64,000 nucleotides of DNA, from assembly GCA_973851085.1 (NCBI GenBank), contig OZ316775.1, forward strand, positions 21,018,001-21,082,000, given 5' to 3'. This document shows, piece after piece, positions 51,501 through 64,000 of this stretch. The number at the start of each line of letters is the position of its first letter. Position 1 is the stretch's first letter. Under the pieces are notes generated by a model, which did not search any database, was not told the origin of the DNA, and was given only the letters and a program-made list of their open reading frames with translations. Source of the stretch: Ptychomitrium polyphyllum (taxonomy: Eukaryota). A program made the translations under genes and the position numbers.

Positions 51501-54500
51501 CATGATCATTGTCTAATCTGGCCTGTGACTTTTCTAGCGCGTTCAAGCCCATGTGAAAGCTAACTTTTTGATGATGCTTTATCGGTAGATGTGAGATAAA
51601 GATGCTCAAATTCTGAGACAACCAACCAGCGTTCTTCAAGAGATTTTCGTCCATTCTGAAAAGTTTCAGTTTCCCAGGACATGCTGTATTCTTAATTCTT
51701 ATAGAGGTGAATTTACTTAATATTTAGTCAAGGCTGTCGCATGATACTCAGAGTAAAAGTTTTACCTGGAGTGTTCACGTTGAGAACCTCTTCTTATGCT
51801 AGGAATCACTACTTATGCTGAGAACCTCTACTTAAATGAAAAGTTTCACTTTGGAGAGCATGTGAGAGCCTTGTGTAAACAAAAAACAAATGAGTAACTT
51901 TAAGTTCTATTGATTTTGTTAAAAAACATCATCTATCGTGGAAGAAGAGGAATATTGCTTTTGCAATGCAGTACTATTCGTTTTAGATGTTTTTTGGTTA
52001 CAATACATTCCAAAATAAAATGATAACTTAGGTTTTTAAATCTCATTTATATATATAACATAACAAAATGATGTTTAATATATAATTTAAAAGTACGTAA
52101 ATTAGTAAAAATATTAAATAAAATTTTACTTTGAATTATGTCAAAATACACATACATATACAAATGTATACATCAAAATGAAAAACTTGATTTTGGATGA
52201 AGAGTAGGAATAATTTTTTTATAATAAATGTATAATCCTACACTAACATTAAATAAATTTAATTTTAACAGAACCTACTTTAAAGAAAATAAGCTTCATG
52301 TCACAATGATTATAATATTTATTGGTGATATTTATTTTTGTGCAGGTGCACATCATGATAATGGTCATAATTTGAAAAATTAATGTTAAGAAGGATGTTT
52401 GAGAAAGAATCCCCTTTCTATAAAAGAAGCCTTAATTAAGACCAATGTGAAGCACATTTTTCCAAGATTCTCCAATTCACATCCATTTTTGGATATTATC
52501 CATTATTGTGAAGGTTGAACAAAAAGACCTTCATTTTTATGACAATATAAAGAAGATGTTCTTAGAACCAAGCCATACGCATCTCCTAAAATGGCTCCTG
52601 AAAGTTGAGTGAACAATATAAGTTGTCATGTTGACCCCAATTCACAAACCTAGATTCCAAGCAATGGCAGATAACGTTCTGTCCGGTTTCTGGATTGGAG
52701 TAAAAACTGAAAAGAGAAGAGATGCCGGTCACGGTTCCAAGGTTAAAAAGCGTCACTTTTAGGTCCACTCTGTTGTTGGAAAACCGCAGAACTTTCATTC
52801 TCTAATTTTTCCTATTTAGGTTTTTCCTATTTCTAGACCGTTTATTCCAGATGTGACCAATGTGTCCGCTATAGCTGTGCTTAGCAATTGCGCTCCGAAA
52901 AGGACGCTTCTCGAGTCCATCTCGTTATAACCACAGATCATGCCCTCAATACACTTCAGCAGGATACGTACTCGTCGACCCTGAAGCACAGCACCGGAGA
53001 AACATCATTGGGATATTATTGAGATACATTTTCAAAATCGATTCAGATATGCACAACGAGGCTACTTCCCATATGACACCACAGAAGATTGTTCATCCCT
53101 TGCATCAAGGAGTTCATGCACATTGTAGCAGCCATTCGGCCACACTCAAGCTGCACGACCAATCTCCTTGCCATAGCTCCCCCCTGGTCTACAATCACCA
53201 CAAACAAATGCCCTGTTTGTGTCCAGGAGAATGGTTGGGCTCTACAGGTGATAGCAGTTCCAGCGTGACTGCTTGGACACTGTGAGAGATGACCCTTTCT
53301 ATTTTCAATGCATCCTTAACCCAAAAACGCCATAGGTACCCCAATTGGTCAGCTGGACCATTAAATATTAATTTAGTGCATGGACGCGTGTTTTTAAACA
53401 ATCCTTTGATCGCCAACCCTCGCTTCAATTGTCTTCTTCACTTCTTAATTTATTTTAAAATTTTGATATTTGGTGACAAATGCACACAAAAAATTAGGAT
53501 TTTATTGGAAATCAGCATATCTTCGAACATCCAAGAATCCTTGATTTTTTAGTTTTTTTTATTGAAATGTGTTACTTTTCATTTCTTTATTTTTCTCCAA
53601 AATATGTGATACTAAGTATATTTATCATAAACTTTTGATAAAATTTGATCTTAGATTCATACCCTGGATCGAAATTAAGACCAACAAAGACCAAAAGAGA
53701 AAAAATATTTCTTCATGATCCTTTTTGAAGTCATACAAGAATTTGATAAATAGATTGATTGTAGTAAAATTAGTTTTCTTTTGGGCGGAGCAAAGGAGGG
53801 GGTTGAAGTTATGTTTGGTATCAGCTAGAAAGAAGGCCAAAGATTAGAAAACTCGAAAATTTTAGACATGAAAAGAATTTTCAAGTATGAAGAATAATTG
53901 ATAAAGTTTCAAATATAATTATATTTTTTTAAGATAATAAAAAAACAGTTTTACAACATCAACACAACAACTTGTTGAGTCTTTGTGTGTTGTACTTTGT
54001 AAGAAATCTTGGCTTTTTTGAACGGGCTTATACAAATTGATTGTACGTAATATTTTATTTTATAATGAAAAATAAGGTGCAACACTATTTTTTTCACTTG
54101 AAGTGTTCATTTCAAATTACAACATTCACCTTTTTAGTGCCTATGCAAGTTAATAAATTATTATTTTGGACATTGGAATTTGATGCATGTAAAAATATTA
54201 GATTGTTTTCTGAAGTCTTTCATTTGTTAAAATATTCAAGATAAATTATAATCATGCTATTCTTATTGGAATGGATATTTTTCTTTACTAATAGAAGAAG
54301 GCTTGAAATTGACCTTCACAATTACATTTTTGAAACAAAAGTATTCAAAAATGGAAGAATTATCTCCTTGTAGACTATGAGCTTGAAACTCTTATCACAG
54401 TTCTATGAATTTTGGAATTTCCCACCCACAGGATTTACTTGGGAGCAATTTTTTACAGCCACATTTTTCACAACTCGCAACTCCTCGCCAATCTCAAAAG

Positions 54501-57500
54501 AATTGTTTCAAAAATTTTCCGAAACAGACAAACGAGAGCCATTTAGTAGGCTGCAAAAGAAGCGAAGCACCCAGGGCCCATCCCAAATCTTGAACCTGCC
54601 CACCAAGGAACTGATCGAGATCCGCTTCTCACGTCCCGAGCGCAACCCAGATGCAAAGGTGGGCCCAAACAAAATCAGCAAAACCACCGGAATCCGTATG
54701 CACCAGCAACTTATGACTCATGCAGAAGCTGTTTGGACTTTTTGGTTACTTTAGAAAACGAGAAGCCAATGGGCCTCATAAAACGGATTCGCACCAATCA
54801 TGTGGTGACTCGTCACCATGGCCATGTGACAGACATTGGTAGGCCCTCCCTTCCGTCTAGGCATCTACGCCGTGCGTACAGCGTGCCTTTGCAGGCAAAA
54901 AGCCTTGCGCGGCATTTGCTCCTTCAGATTTTCTCCCGGCTCTGCAAATACCGAGGCTTGTGTCACTGTTGTGTAGGTATGTTGCTTTTCCACGGCAGAA
55001 CAATCCCATTATGGTATCAATATTGTACTGGTATCATTATCGTAGTGGTATCAATACGGGAGCATTACCCATATTGACCGTATTGGAATTTTTTAATTAT
55101 GCCCTCATAACGTTCTTCACTGACCTCAATATATAAAGGCCCCAGTACAATTCCCACCATCCAAAGACACTTTTCTGTCAATAAAAACTTACCAAAAGAT
55201 TGAAGTCATCAAATTGAATTCATGTTTTCATGCATTTGTTGTTGATTATTCACTTTCCATTACTTTTCTATATTGTGAAGGTGAGTTGTTTCAAGTAGTA
55301 GGAAACATTTTAATACTTGTTTGGATAATATGTTGATATACAGGTAGGAGACATTCAACAAATTGTACTTGCTATTGATACCATTATCTTCAAATAATAT
55401 TTTAACTTTAGACATAAAAACTCTAATATCAAATTCTTTTTAATTTGGAATTTGGAAATTTTTGTATGAGCTTAGTGGTAGGTTTATTGTCACTTGCAAA
55501 AGTTAAGCTACCATAATATGAATTAAACTTAAACTTTCATCACTGCATATACATTGTGCCATATTTAGGCAAGGTCAATTATCCTTGCTTTGTAGAAATA
55601 ACATTCAATATTTATTTATTTTTGGAAATAATTAAGTTTTGGTAAAAAATGGCCAATAGTACCAAAAACTTATTTTAGCCTCATAATCACTTTTTATGCT
55701 ACATAGACCTTTTGGTCTTATTTCCAAGCTTTACAAATATGGACAATCCATTGTTGCTTCACCATTGCCCTTTTTCTAATGTTGTAGCTATAATTTTGCA
55801 ATAGCTAATGAGTATTCTTTGTTGTCTTTGATTTATAATTTTATTACTAATATATTAATTATAAGATTATCAAATACAAAAGAAAATGATTTATAAGTGT
55901 TATGTTTGTAGTATTTTATTGTACTTTACATTCTATAATTCAAGCTCATACTTCAAATTATAAATTTAATATTCTTAAAAACCAAATAATACCTTTATAT
56001 TGAATAATTTGAAATAAATATTATATAAATTTTTAAAAAACATATATTGTAGATCCAAGAACTTAAGTACTATACATACAATTGTATTCAGCAATATTAG
56101 AACAGAAGACCCTCACAATTAATGCACTAGTAACAAATTAAAACTTTGTTTTTTAAAAGAGTAATTCAATTTTTTATATAACTAATATATTTAAATTTTA
56201 TTTCTTAATTATTATGATGATTAATGCTATTATATGTTGTCTCTCTTTGAAATGCATGTGTCTTTAAAATAAAACTTTTATCCACATCATCGTCAATTTC
56301 TTAAAAATTTGATTTGTGCTCAAAATTCATCAAGTTTTGACAAATATCAAGGACTTTTATAATATAACCAATGAATCATTAAAAATTGCAAAGCACCAAA
56401 TTTTTAATTCTTTTGAATTAAATTACAACGAGTATATAATAATTTTTATTTGAAATTTAATAGAATAGACAAAAATAAAATCTATTTAATGTTATAGCTT
56501 GATTTTATTTCTTTTGAAGCTCAAATCTACAACTTTATTTCAATAAGAGTATATATGAATTACAATCAAAGCAAACTTTGCTTAACCAGAATCTCACATA
56601 TTTCTACATTTTTAATTTCAGTGAAGTATATAAACTAATAACATCAAATCCAACCACTTGATAGGACAATCATTTTATAAACGCTCCTTAAAAAATGGAA
56701 GAATCCGTGAGGAAAAAATCTTAGAAAGTCAAAATTGGTATTAATCCGAAACACATTTGTAAACTAACCCAAATTTGGAAGAAAGTTTTAAAATAGCCAA
56801 GTTATAAACAAACATGATTTTTTTTGTAACTTTTTTTCAAACTTGAGTTTTCCAACATAATTCCAATTTAAAGAAAAAATATTCTTCCACACATCTTCTT
56901 CCAATCTTAATCCTACATCACAGCTATGAGTTGACAAGCCTATAAAAGTGCTAATGAAACTACGTCAATGGTAATGAAAAAAAAAATCTTGATGCTCACA
57001 TCCAATTACATTATAACTATTAAAAGATCAATTGAAAAATCGGAAAGCAAGTAAGGTGACTCAAAATCAACAATGCCTCTGAAATCAACATACAAAATAC
57101 AATTTAAACCATTTTCTATACTTCAGTATTAGCCAAATAAATTTTTGTATGATATGGGCTATGTCAAAAAGCAACAAACAACAAGCGTATGTATTCCAAA
57201 ACCACCCATATATCAGTTTGAGGTTGACCTATGTATTAGTCACGGCATGCTTAATTCTCCGCTTCAAAGTTTGTAAAACGTTTATGCTAGTGGTAAAAGA
57301 AATAGGAAAGAGGTGACATTCTTCCTCGTTTTTATTTTCCTCCCGAAGAAAAGTATCACTTCCCTCATGCCAGCACTCCAGATATTCAAAAACGATTGAG
57401 TAATGCGTACAAGATGGGTCCACCTTATGGGCCTGAAAACAAAACGGAGGAGTAAAAGAGAATGTTGCTCTTTCCGGAAACCCCGCCTGCTCCGCCCTGG

Positions 57501-57815
57501 CCTGGCCGAGTTCACAAGATAGTTCCTAACTTACAATTGCATGAAGCGGATAAATGATGCAAACAAACTTACCCAGAAGTCGAGCTGACATCCAGGTCGG
57601 AGTCGTAAAGAGCCATATTGGCACGCACGTGGGACTGGAAGGACCTGGCCACAGAAAACCAAACACCAGAAATAGGAAGGTCCACAAACCTGTGGCTGTC
57701 ATGATACGAGGCGCTCCTTTTGGTAAGTTTCTGCTCTCTGTGCAATTCCTTTTCCACTGTTTGCTACCCAATTAAGCCTCCCGTTTCGATCCTTCTCAGA
57801 TTCCCCCGGAGTCCT

Positions 57816-57876
57816 GGTTGGTTGGTTGGTTTGTTTGTTTGTTTGTTTGTTCGTTCGTTCGTTCGTTCGTTCGTTC
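57816..57876. repeat. Compound tetranucleotide microsatellite (GGTT)(GTTT)(GTTC)
   Basis: Three adjoining 4-mer arrays, each differing from the next by one base. Confidence 0.9.
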
Positions 57877-57913
57877 CTTCTCTTTTTTCTTTTTTCTTTT
57901 CGGGATTGAGCAC

Positions 57914-60900
57914 GTAGCTAGATTAGCTACAAACGAGTTTCATTGTAGCTGCGCGGCGACGTAAAGTTAACCCGTCTATGTTTGTGTTGTACTTTCATCC
58001 AATTCTGCAGTTTTTTCATCCACATGTATCGTTTTTAATCCACAGATAGGGAAAAGTATGAAAAGGACACAATTTTTTTGGTGACAAGAATGTGAAAAAG
58101 TAGAGAATATGTAACTAGATGTTTCAAAATGAAAAAGATACATAGTCAATCTAACGAAACATCAATAAGAAAAGATGCCACCTCACACCTATGGTCACAG
58201 TCTATTGAAAAACTAAAAATCACCAAACACCTTATTAGCTACCACCAAATTCTTACCATAAATGAATTGAATTTAGTAAGTTGCTGTCCTGGATTGAAAT
58301 TGGTATTAAATGGAATTATGGAGTGGTGATGATGGAAAGAAGGACAAATTCATACTAGTTTAGAAAGGAAAGCTTGTAGTGGACATAAAACTTGGTGCGT
58401 GATAATCATTGAAAGGAATTTGTGCGACTCGGTCAAATAAAGAGTGTAACAAGAACATAAAATGGGATGAAATGTACCATTCTATCTGAGCAGGAAAATA
58501 CCACTTTCAGCACAACCATCTACGTTGTATTGCCACTCCAGTATTTGCCCAAAACCACAAAAACTAAAAAAATACTGCAGGGGACATGGGCTCAAGAGAC
58601 TGCCCAATCGAAAGATTGGTTTTTCTGAGCCAGCCGCTGGGCCCCATCATTTCGGCACAGGCCCCACCAGGTCCGGCCTGGTATCCTTAATATCTGCTAC
58701 TCTTCCGTTGTACCTTTTTCCATGATGCAAAAGGTGATCTCAAGTGGTGGTTTCACCTTCCTGTTCCATAATTTGATAACTTATTCCTTTTCGAGTTCCA
58801 TCAAGTACTCCAGCTTCGAATTTAAAGACAGCAGTGCAGAGAATTGGATAAGTACTTTGAAATGTTTGGAATGAGAATTGGAAGGTGCAACATCTATCAC
58901 TCCAAGTCATTTCGTGTCAGTTTCCCCTGAGTTGAGACGACTCTACCAGAAGAAAGCGCACCGCAGAAGACGTTCACTGGGCCACCTGACCCCTGTTTCA
59001 TGACATAGGTGATCAGTTGAGGGATCTTTTTGGGGTTCTAATTTATGTCCAACAGTGAAAGCACATTTTTGGATAGACGCCCACCTGAAAGCTAGTTCTT
59101 TTTCACGCACCCATGTGAAAGCTGATCTATCCACACACACCCATGTGAAAGCAAACTGTTCAGTGACCCTTTATGTCGAGAACATGATAAAAGATACTTC
59201 GAAGCATGACACAGCCAACCCGTGCATTCGAAGAGATTTCCGTCACGAGCACCTGAACTAACCCTATAAAGAGAGGGTTGAAGAGGTCCTATTCTAATTA
59301 ACTGAGGAACCCCAGAACGAAGATTTCCACATCACATTCTTCCACTGTTCGAAGCAGCTGACCCACCTTGGAAAGTAAGGCATCAACATTAAATGACTGC
59401 CCATTGTGGCAGTGAATGCATGAGTCTACTTAGAAAATCTAGTACACAAACTCTCAGTATTCCTTATATGTCAAACTCGCCCTTAATGTTAGATAGGATG
59501 GTTGTATTTTTCATTCAATGTTAATTATTTATGTTCCAAACCACTTTGACCACGAGTTGCTTGCAACAGAATGATATTTCCATGATTCTCTTAAGGCATC
59601 GTCCATCACAAAACTTATATGTTTGCACATTTGCGAATATGAATTACTTTTCTTTTAGAAGTCAAAACTCAGAGTATTCAAATTTTAAGAGATTCTTTTT
59701 GTAAAAGGATTAAAGGTTGCGGTTTGTCAAAGTCTATGTTTAAAGAATAAAAATGATGAGTGGCTCACATCTTTAGTTTTATAAATAAAATAATAAACCT
59801 ACAGGAAAATACAAAATTCACAATATTAAATAAAAGCCATATTAACAACAAAATGTTGTAAGATAAAAACATATCAAGGAAATTACTTATTATAACAAAA
59901 GAGTTTTACACCCAGTAACATTCCAAAAAACTTAACAACGTCAAGTTTTGATTTTGTCAGATTGTAAATAATGGAATTATTTGAAAAGTACTATCTTTTG
60001 CCTTCTCTTTTGCCAACTTCTAAATTTTATTTTTTGATACTTTGAATATTATAGTGCCTTATTGTAGATGAATGATGTATTAATTTTTTTTGTAGAACTT
60101 TGGTGGCAAGTATGGAAAGTGTAAAAAGTTATGGAAAATAATATTGCTACTTTCTTTTATATAACTTTACAACTTAACATGTATTATTTTTCATTTTTTA
60201 TTTGCTTCAAGAAGAGTTTTTTAATGAATATTTCAAACATTCTTATCTATATTGCCTTTCTGATTAATTCTATTATGTTGTAAACAAAGGCTATCTTTTA
60301 CCTATTTAAAATAATGAAGTACCACATATTACATTTTTATTAATTTATATGTTTAAACATGTAATACATCCCTTAAGAATCTTTAATTATTTTATATAAA
60401 AATAATGAAGTTTCCTTGTGGCTATAAGAAGATAGTATAGGCCATAATAATTGTACAAATAACTATGATTAAAAAATATTCATGACTATTAAATTTTAGT
60501 ATTGTATATAATAATATCCCTTTTAAATTTATAATAAATAATTGATAATATTTTTTTCAATTTAATTGCAATTTTTTTCAACATTATGTAATATTTTTTT
60601 TTCAAATGATTTTTTTGGTAATAATGTTTATTTTGAATAAAAATCCAACATCTCTTCTAACCTTTTTTCTATAATGTATGATATCAACCTAAATTAAATT
60701 ACTTACTCTAATGTGCAAATGATATATCTTGTATATTCAACCTTCTATAAGAATATGTATATACCATCTAAAAGGATGAAAAATTACATTAAAAGGTTCA
60801 TATAATTTGGTTCTAAATATAATGCATTCAAATATTTGAAATTTATAAGTGAAATGGAGTACATTATGATATACTTCCAAGAACTGATTACATTGTGAGG

Positions 60901-61435
60901 TATATCTTGAAATTTATTGCACTTACAACAATTTTGTGTTGATTTTAATTTGTAATTCTAATTTTCAACAACTAAGTCTAAGTGTTTTCTTGTTTATCAA
61001 TCATTGATTTTTTTAATATTATTGATTTGTTTGATATACACATTGAATAGCTTAAGCTAATTTAAAGATATATGCAATTGAGGTGGCCATCTAGGTCTTT
61101 AGAAGTAGGCCAAATGTCCACATCATGGAGTAATAGATGAGTCACCTTCAAAGATATGTTAGAATATATACAAGGTTTAACCATTTGTTTCTTAATTAAC
61201 TATTTTATATTTTCAATTTTGAGATATATGAATACACCTTTACCAAATTTTTTCCACTTATGTCACCAAAAAATAGGAATGATTTCATTCCTTTAAGAAA
61301 TTATTTATACAAATATACATACATATATAAACATATACATATATACATACTTACAAATTGACGTCTTTGTGTACTTCTTTTACATGGCCACTCAAGCTAC
61401 AACAAAAATTAATCATTTGTTGCTAATCTAGCTAC
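57914..61435. repeat. Diverged ~55-bp inverted repeat pair (57914-57965 and 61379-61435)
   Basis: The left arm gtagctagattagctacaaacga----gtttcattgtagct-gcgcggcgacgtaaa aligns with the reverse complement of the right arm gtagctagattagcaacaaatgattaatttttgttgtagcttgagtggccatgtaaa. Confidence 0.75.
59041..59160. repeat. Degenerate 30-bp tandem array with conserved TGAAAGC core
   Basis: TGAAAGC begins at 59056, 59086, 59116 and 59146. The last two units share CACCCATGTGAAAGC. Confidence 0.8.
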
Positions 61436-63337
61436 ACTTAAAAATCAAAATGGAAAAGGAAATGAAAAAAGATAAAAGGTAAAGAAAAAGAAAAAGAAAG
61501 CCCTGACACCCACTTCCTCCCTGCTGTGCGTTTTCGTGGCCTTTTAAAAATCTACCAACTCCACAAAATTCCGCGGCCACGATCATTCTTCTTTTTTGAC
61601 TTTTCATTCAGGACAATATGTAACTACAGTGCACTCTATCACTGTAGTGACCATGCAGCCATTTTCTGTTGTGGTCTTGGAAAAATGTTGTCGATAATAT
61701 TAAAATCTGGTACTACAACTTACTGTAGTGTGTGGTTCAGAATGTCAGAACTTGATTCCGGTAGAAATGCAGTGAACTCAAATGATTCTCAATTCTCATA
61801 TCCACGACTTTCAGCTTTTGAACTAATACGGTGTGAAGTTTAATATTCACAGGTTGTCACATTTTCGCCACAAGCTTGAAATTTTGACTAAAGTGTAGCC
61901 AACTTGCGTAGTGATTTGAAACCACTTCAACTTTCAACCTTTAGTAAATCACGTAGGGATCCTATGACCAATAATATCTTACAAGCTTAGAGCTACTCGT
62001 TTCTAACATAGAAGAAACTGATCTAAAAAGTAAAACTCATAAAACATATTAAACAATCTTTAATTTTGACTTTGCTTATTTTGACCAAAACGGATTCTCC
62101 AAATGGGTTAAAATGGAATCTTTATTTTAGTGAAGAAGAGCGCATATCATGCTTTCGTGACCCCTTTGAGTACCTTCTTTCAAAAGGAATGATTTGATCA
62201 ATATATATATTAAAGGTTGGTTTTGCTTCAAACCGAGCGATATACACTGATAATATTAGTTCACCCTAGCGTCTTTAAAGGTACCAGTGTCCTTGTCTTG
62301 TCAGAAATGATGGTATTCATATTGCAGCAATGGTTTTGATTGTTTTTTTCATGCTATGGAAGGATAAAACCAAGGATTCTTTATGGTGTGGTAGCAGAGG
62401 GCTAGTTTATCATGGACCATGTCACCATAACTCATGGTTGCCAAAATTTTCTGTAATAAACGAGGTAGTTAAAGTTCATATGAATCTTATGAGCTTGAGT
62501 GAACTCGTAGCCAACTGCACTGAGCACAATAACTTAATGTCAGACACAATGAAGACAACAAAAGGGTCAACAATTGCTCAAAGAAAATGGTTTATCTGGC
62601 AATGGAGGTTAATCCTTCACAACGGTTTTGTAAATTTGTAATTAAGTTGATTAACCATATATGCCATGAAAATTCTTGTCACTATACTAGCACTATCTAG
62701 GGCATATGAAGTAACTTCACAGGGGTAAGGATGAGTTTGGCAAAATTGATGAAGGAGACGCACCTAAACTGCACAGTTATCTAACCTGAATGCAAAGCTG
62801 GACCCACATATTTCTTTCATCAAATAAAATCATCTATATTAGAACCAATTTCAAGGGAAGGCCCATCTCAGAGTACTAAGTGTAAATTTTCATGCACCTT
62901 CTACGAAATTGAATCGAATTTTGACTCCTGAAGTGAAAAAATAGACACCATCACTCATGGATTGCGCAAAAAAGTTGTTCACAGAAAGACATACCCGTGA
63001 TTTTACTTCCTTTACATCTTTTGTATTTGAGAATGTATATGACAACAATACCCACGTAACATCAGGGTAATAATTGATTAAATAAACATAAAAGTATGAT
63101 GTGCCTTCTACGATTGTGAGAAATGCCACAAATTCGGACTATGGCGAAGTTCAGCACTTGGATTCCTGCTTCGTTTCCCTCACATCAGGGTGCATTCAGC
63201 TGAGAAAGATATTCCAAGAACTCAAAAAACTTGTTTGGTTAAAGCTTTGTATACAGCTGATCGTACATGAATTCTTATGAATAATAGTAACAGAAGGGGT
63301 AGGAAGAAATTTGCAGAAAGTACACAGGGGCACCCTA

Positions 63338-63762
63338 TCACAAGGTAAGAATTTCCACTCCAGATTCAGTAATTAGGAGGCTATGTTCAAATTGTGCAGA
63401 TAAACTGCCGTCTTCTGTTAAACATGTCCAGTCGTCATTCCACATTACATCCCTTATACTCCCTTGCGTCAACATAGGCTCTGTACAGCATGACAGATTT
63501 TGGTTATGAGTTCATGTTTAAATGAACGAGAGTTGTATACAAAAATGCATTTTACTACGACAATAAGGATGGAATTCTGCACATTTATAAACTACTGTAG
63601 TGAGAAAGGAAACATGTGCCCAACCAAATACCAACACGAAACAGGATGGTGTAAGCACTGCTGCATTTCAACCACTTACTTTGGAACTGGTTGGTACATT
63701 GCGAGATGACTTACCGATAGTGAATGTCTGCCCAACTACCATCCGTCCAGGTTGATTATTAC
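63338..63762 (-). CDS. MAP1D: Methionine aminopeptidase type 1, organellar MAP1D-like; last two exons (gene continues beyond window)
   Basis: Minus-strand exons 63762-63715 (NNQPGRMVVGQTFTI) and 63480-63338 (EPMLTQGSIRDVMWNDDWTCLTEDGSLSAQFEHSLLITESGVEILTL*) have canonical AG/GT sites. FTIEPM and AQFEH are MetAP1 metal-binding motifs. Confidence 0.9.
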
Positions 63763-64000
63763 CTGTTAAACGTATAAGATAATAGAATAAAGATTTGATA
63801 CCACTTAAAATCTCCTCGTTACACAACGCCTCATATTACTCAAGGGAATGTTGAAAGTAGCATTCAAACTCAACTCTTTGGATAGAGGCTTTCACACCAT
63901 GGCTAATTCCGAATTTTTGAAAACAGGATGAAACAACACTTTACTAACATTTACCAACTCTATGAGAATTTTGCAAGTTCTAATAAATGTCACACGAACA

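Noticed and set aside
54377..55077. 125-aa and 114-aa ORFs
   Set aside because: No domain similarity or supporting splice structure was found.
59041..59160. CRISPR-like repeat-spacer interpretation of the 30-bp array
   Set aside because: The conserved core is only 7-15 nt, the context is a plant nuclear genome, and there are no cas genes.
61623..61648. 9-bp stem hairpin ACTACAGTG...CACTGTAGT as a Helitron 3' end
   Set aside because: No CTRR terminus at the expected distance and no other Helitron evidence.

Overview
Eukaryotic land-plant genomic DNA with spliceosomal introns and very AT-rich intergenic tracts. The gene set and style suggest a moss such as Physcomitrium, but that is inference. 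Apparently intact genes are an intronless mitochondrial J-protein PAM18/TIM14, a 14-exon signal peptide peptidase-like protease, a 15-exon UGT80-type sterol 3-beta-glucosyltransferase, a cytosolic pyruvate kinase with a GC-AG intron, a two-exon CDF-like Dof transcription factor (minus strand) and the last two exons of an organellar methionine aminopeptidase at the right edge, which the ORF track misses. Between 24 and 41.5 kb four same-strand, intron-containing pseudogenes (GDSL lipase, a second pyruvate kinase, an amidase and a quinone-oxidoreductase-like MDR) surround the one intact pyruvate kinase. The two pyruvate kinase copies share a near-identical ~740-bp tract that includes an intron, inside otherwise diverged sequence. 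The gene-free 49-63 kb interval holds a diverged ~55-bp inverted-repeat pair 3.5 kb apart that encloses an exactly 30-bp-periodic TGAAAGC array. No rRNA, tRNA, CRISPR array or transposase-coding element was recognised. Exon boundaries were read by eye from splice signals and family motifs.
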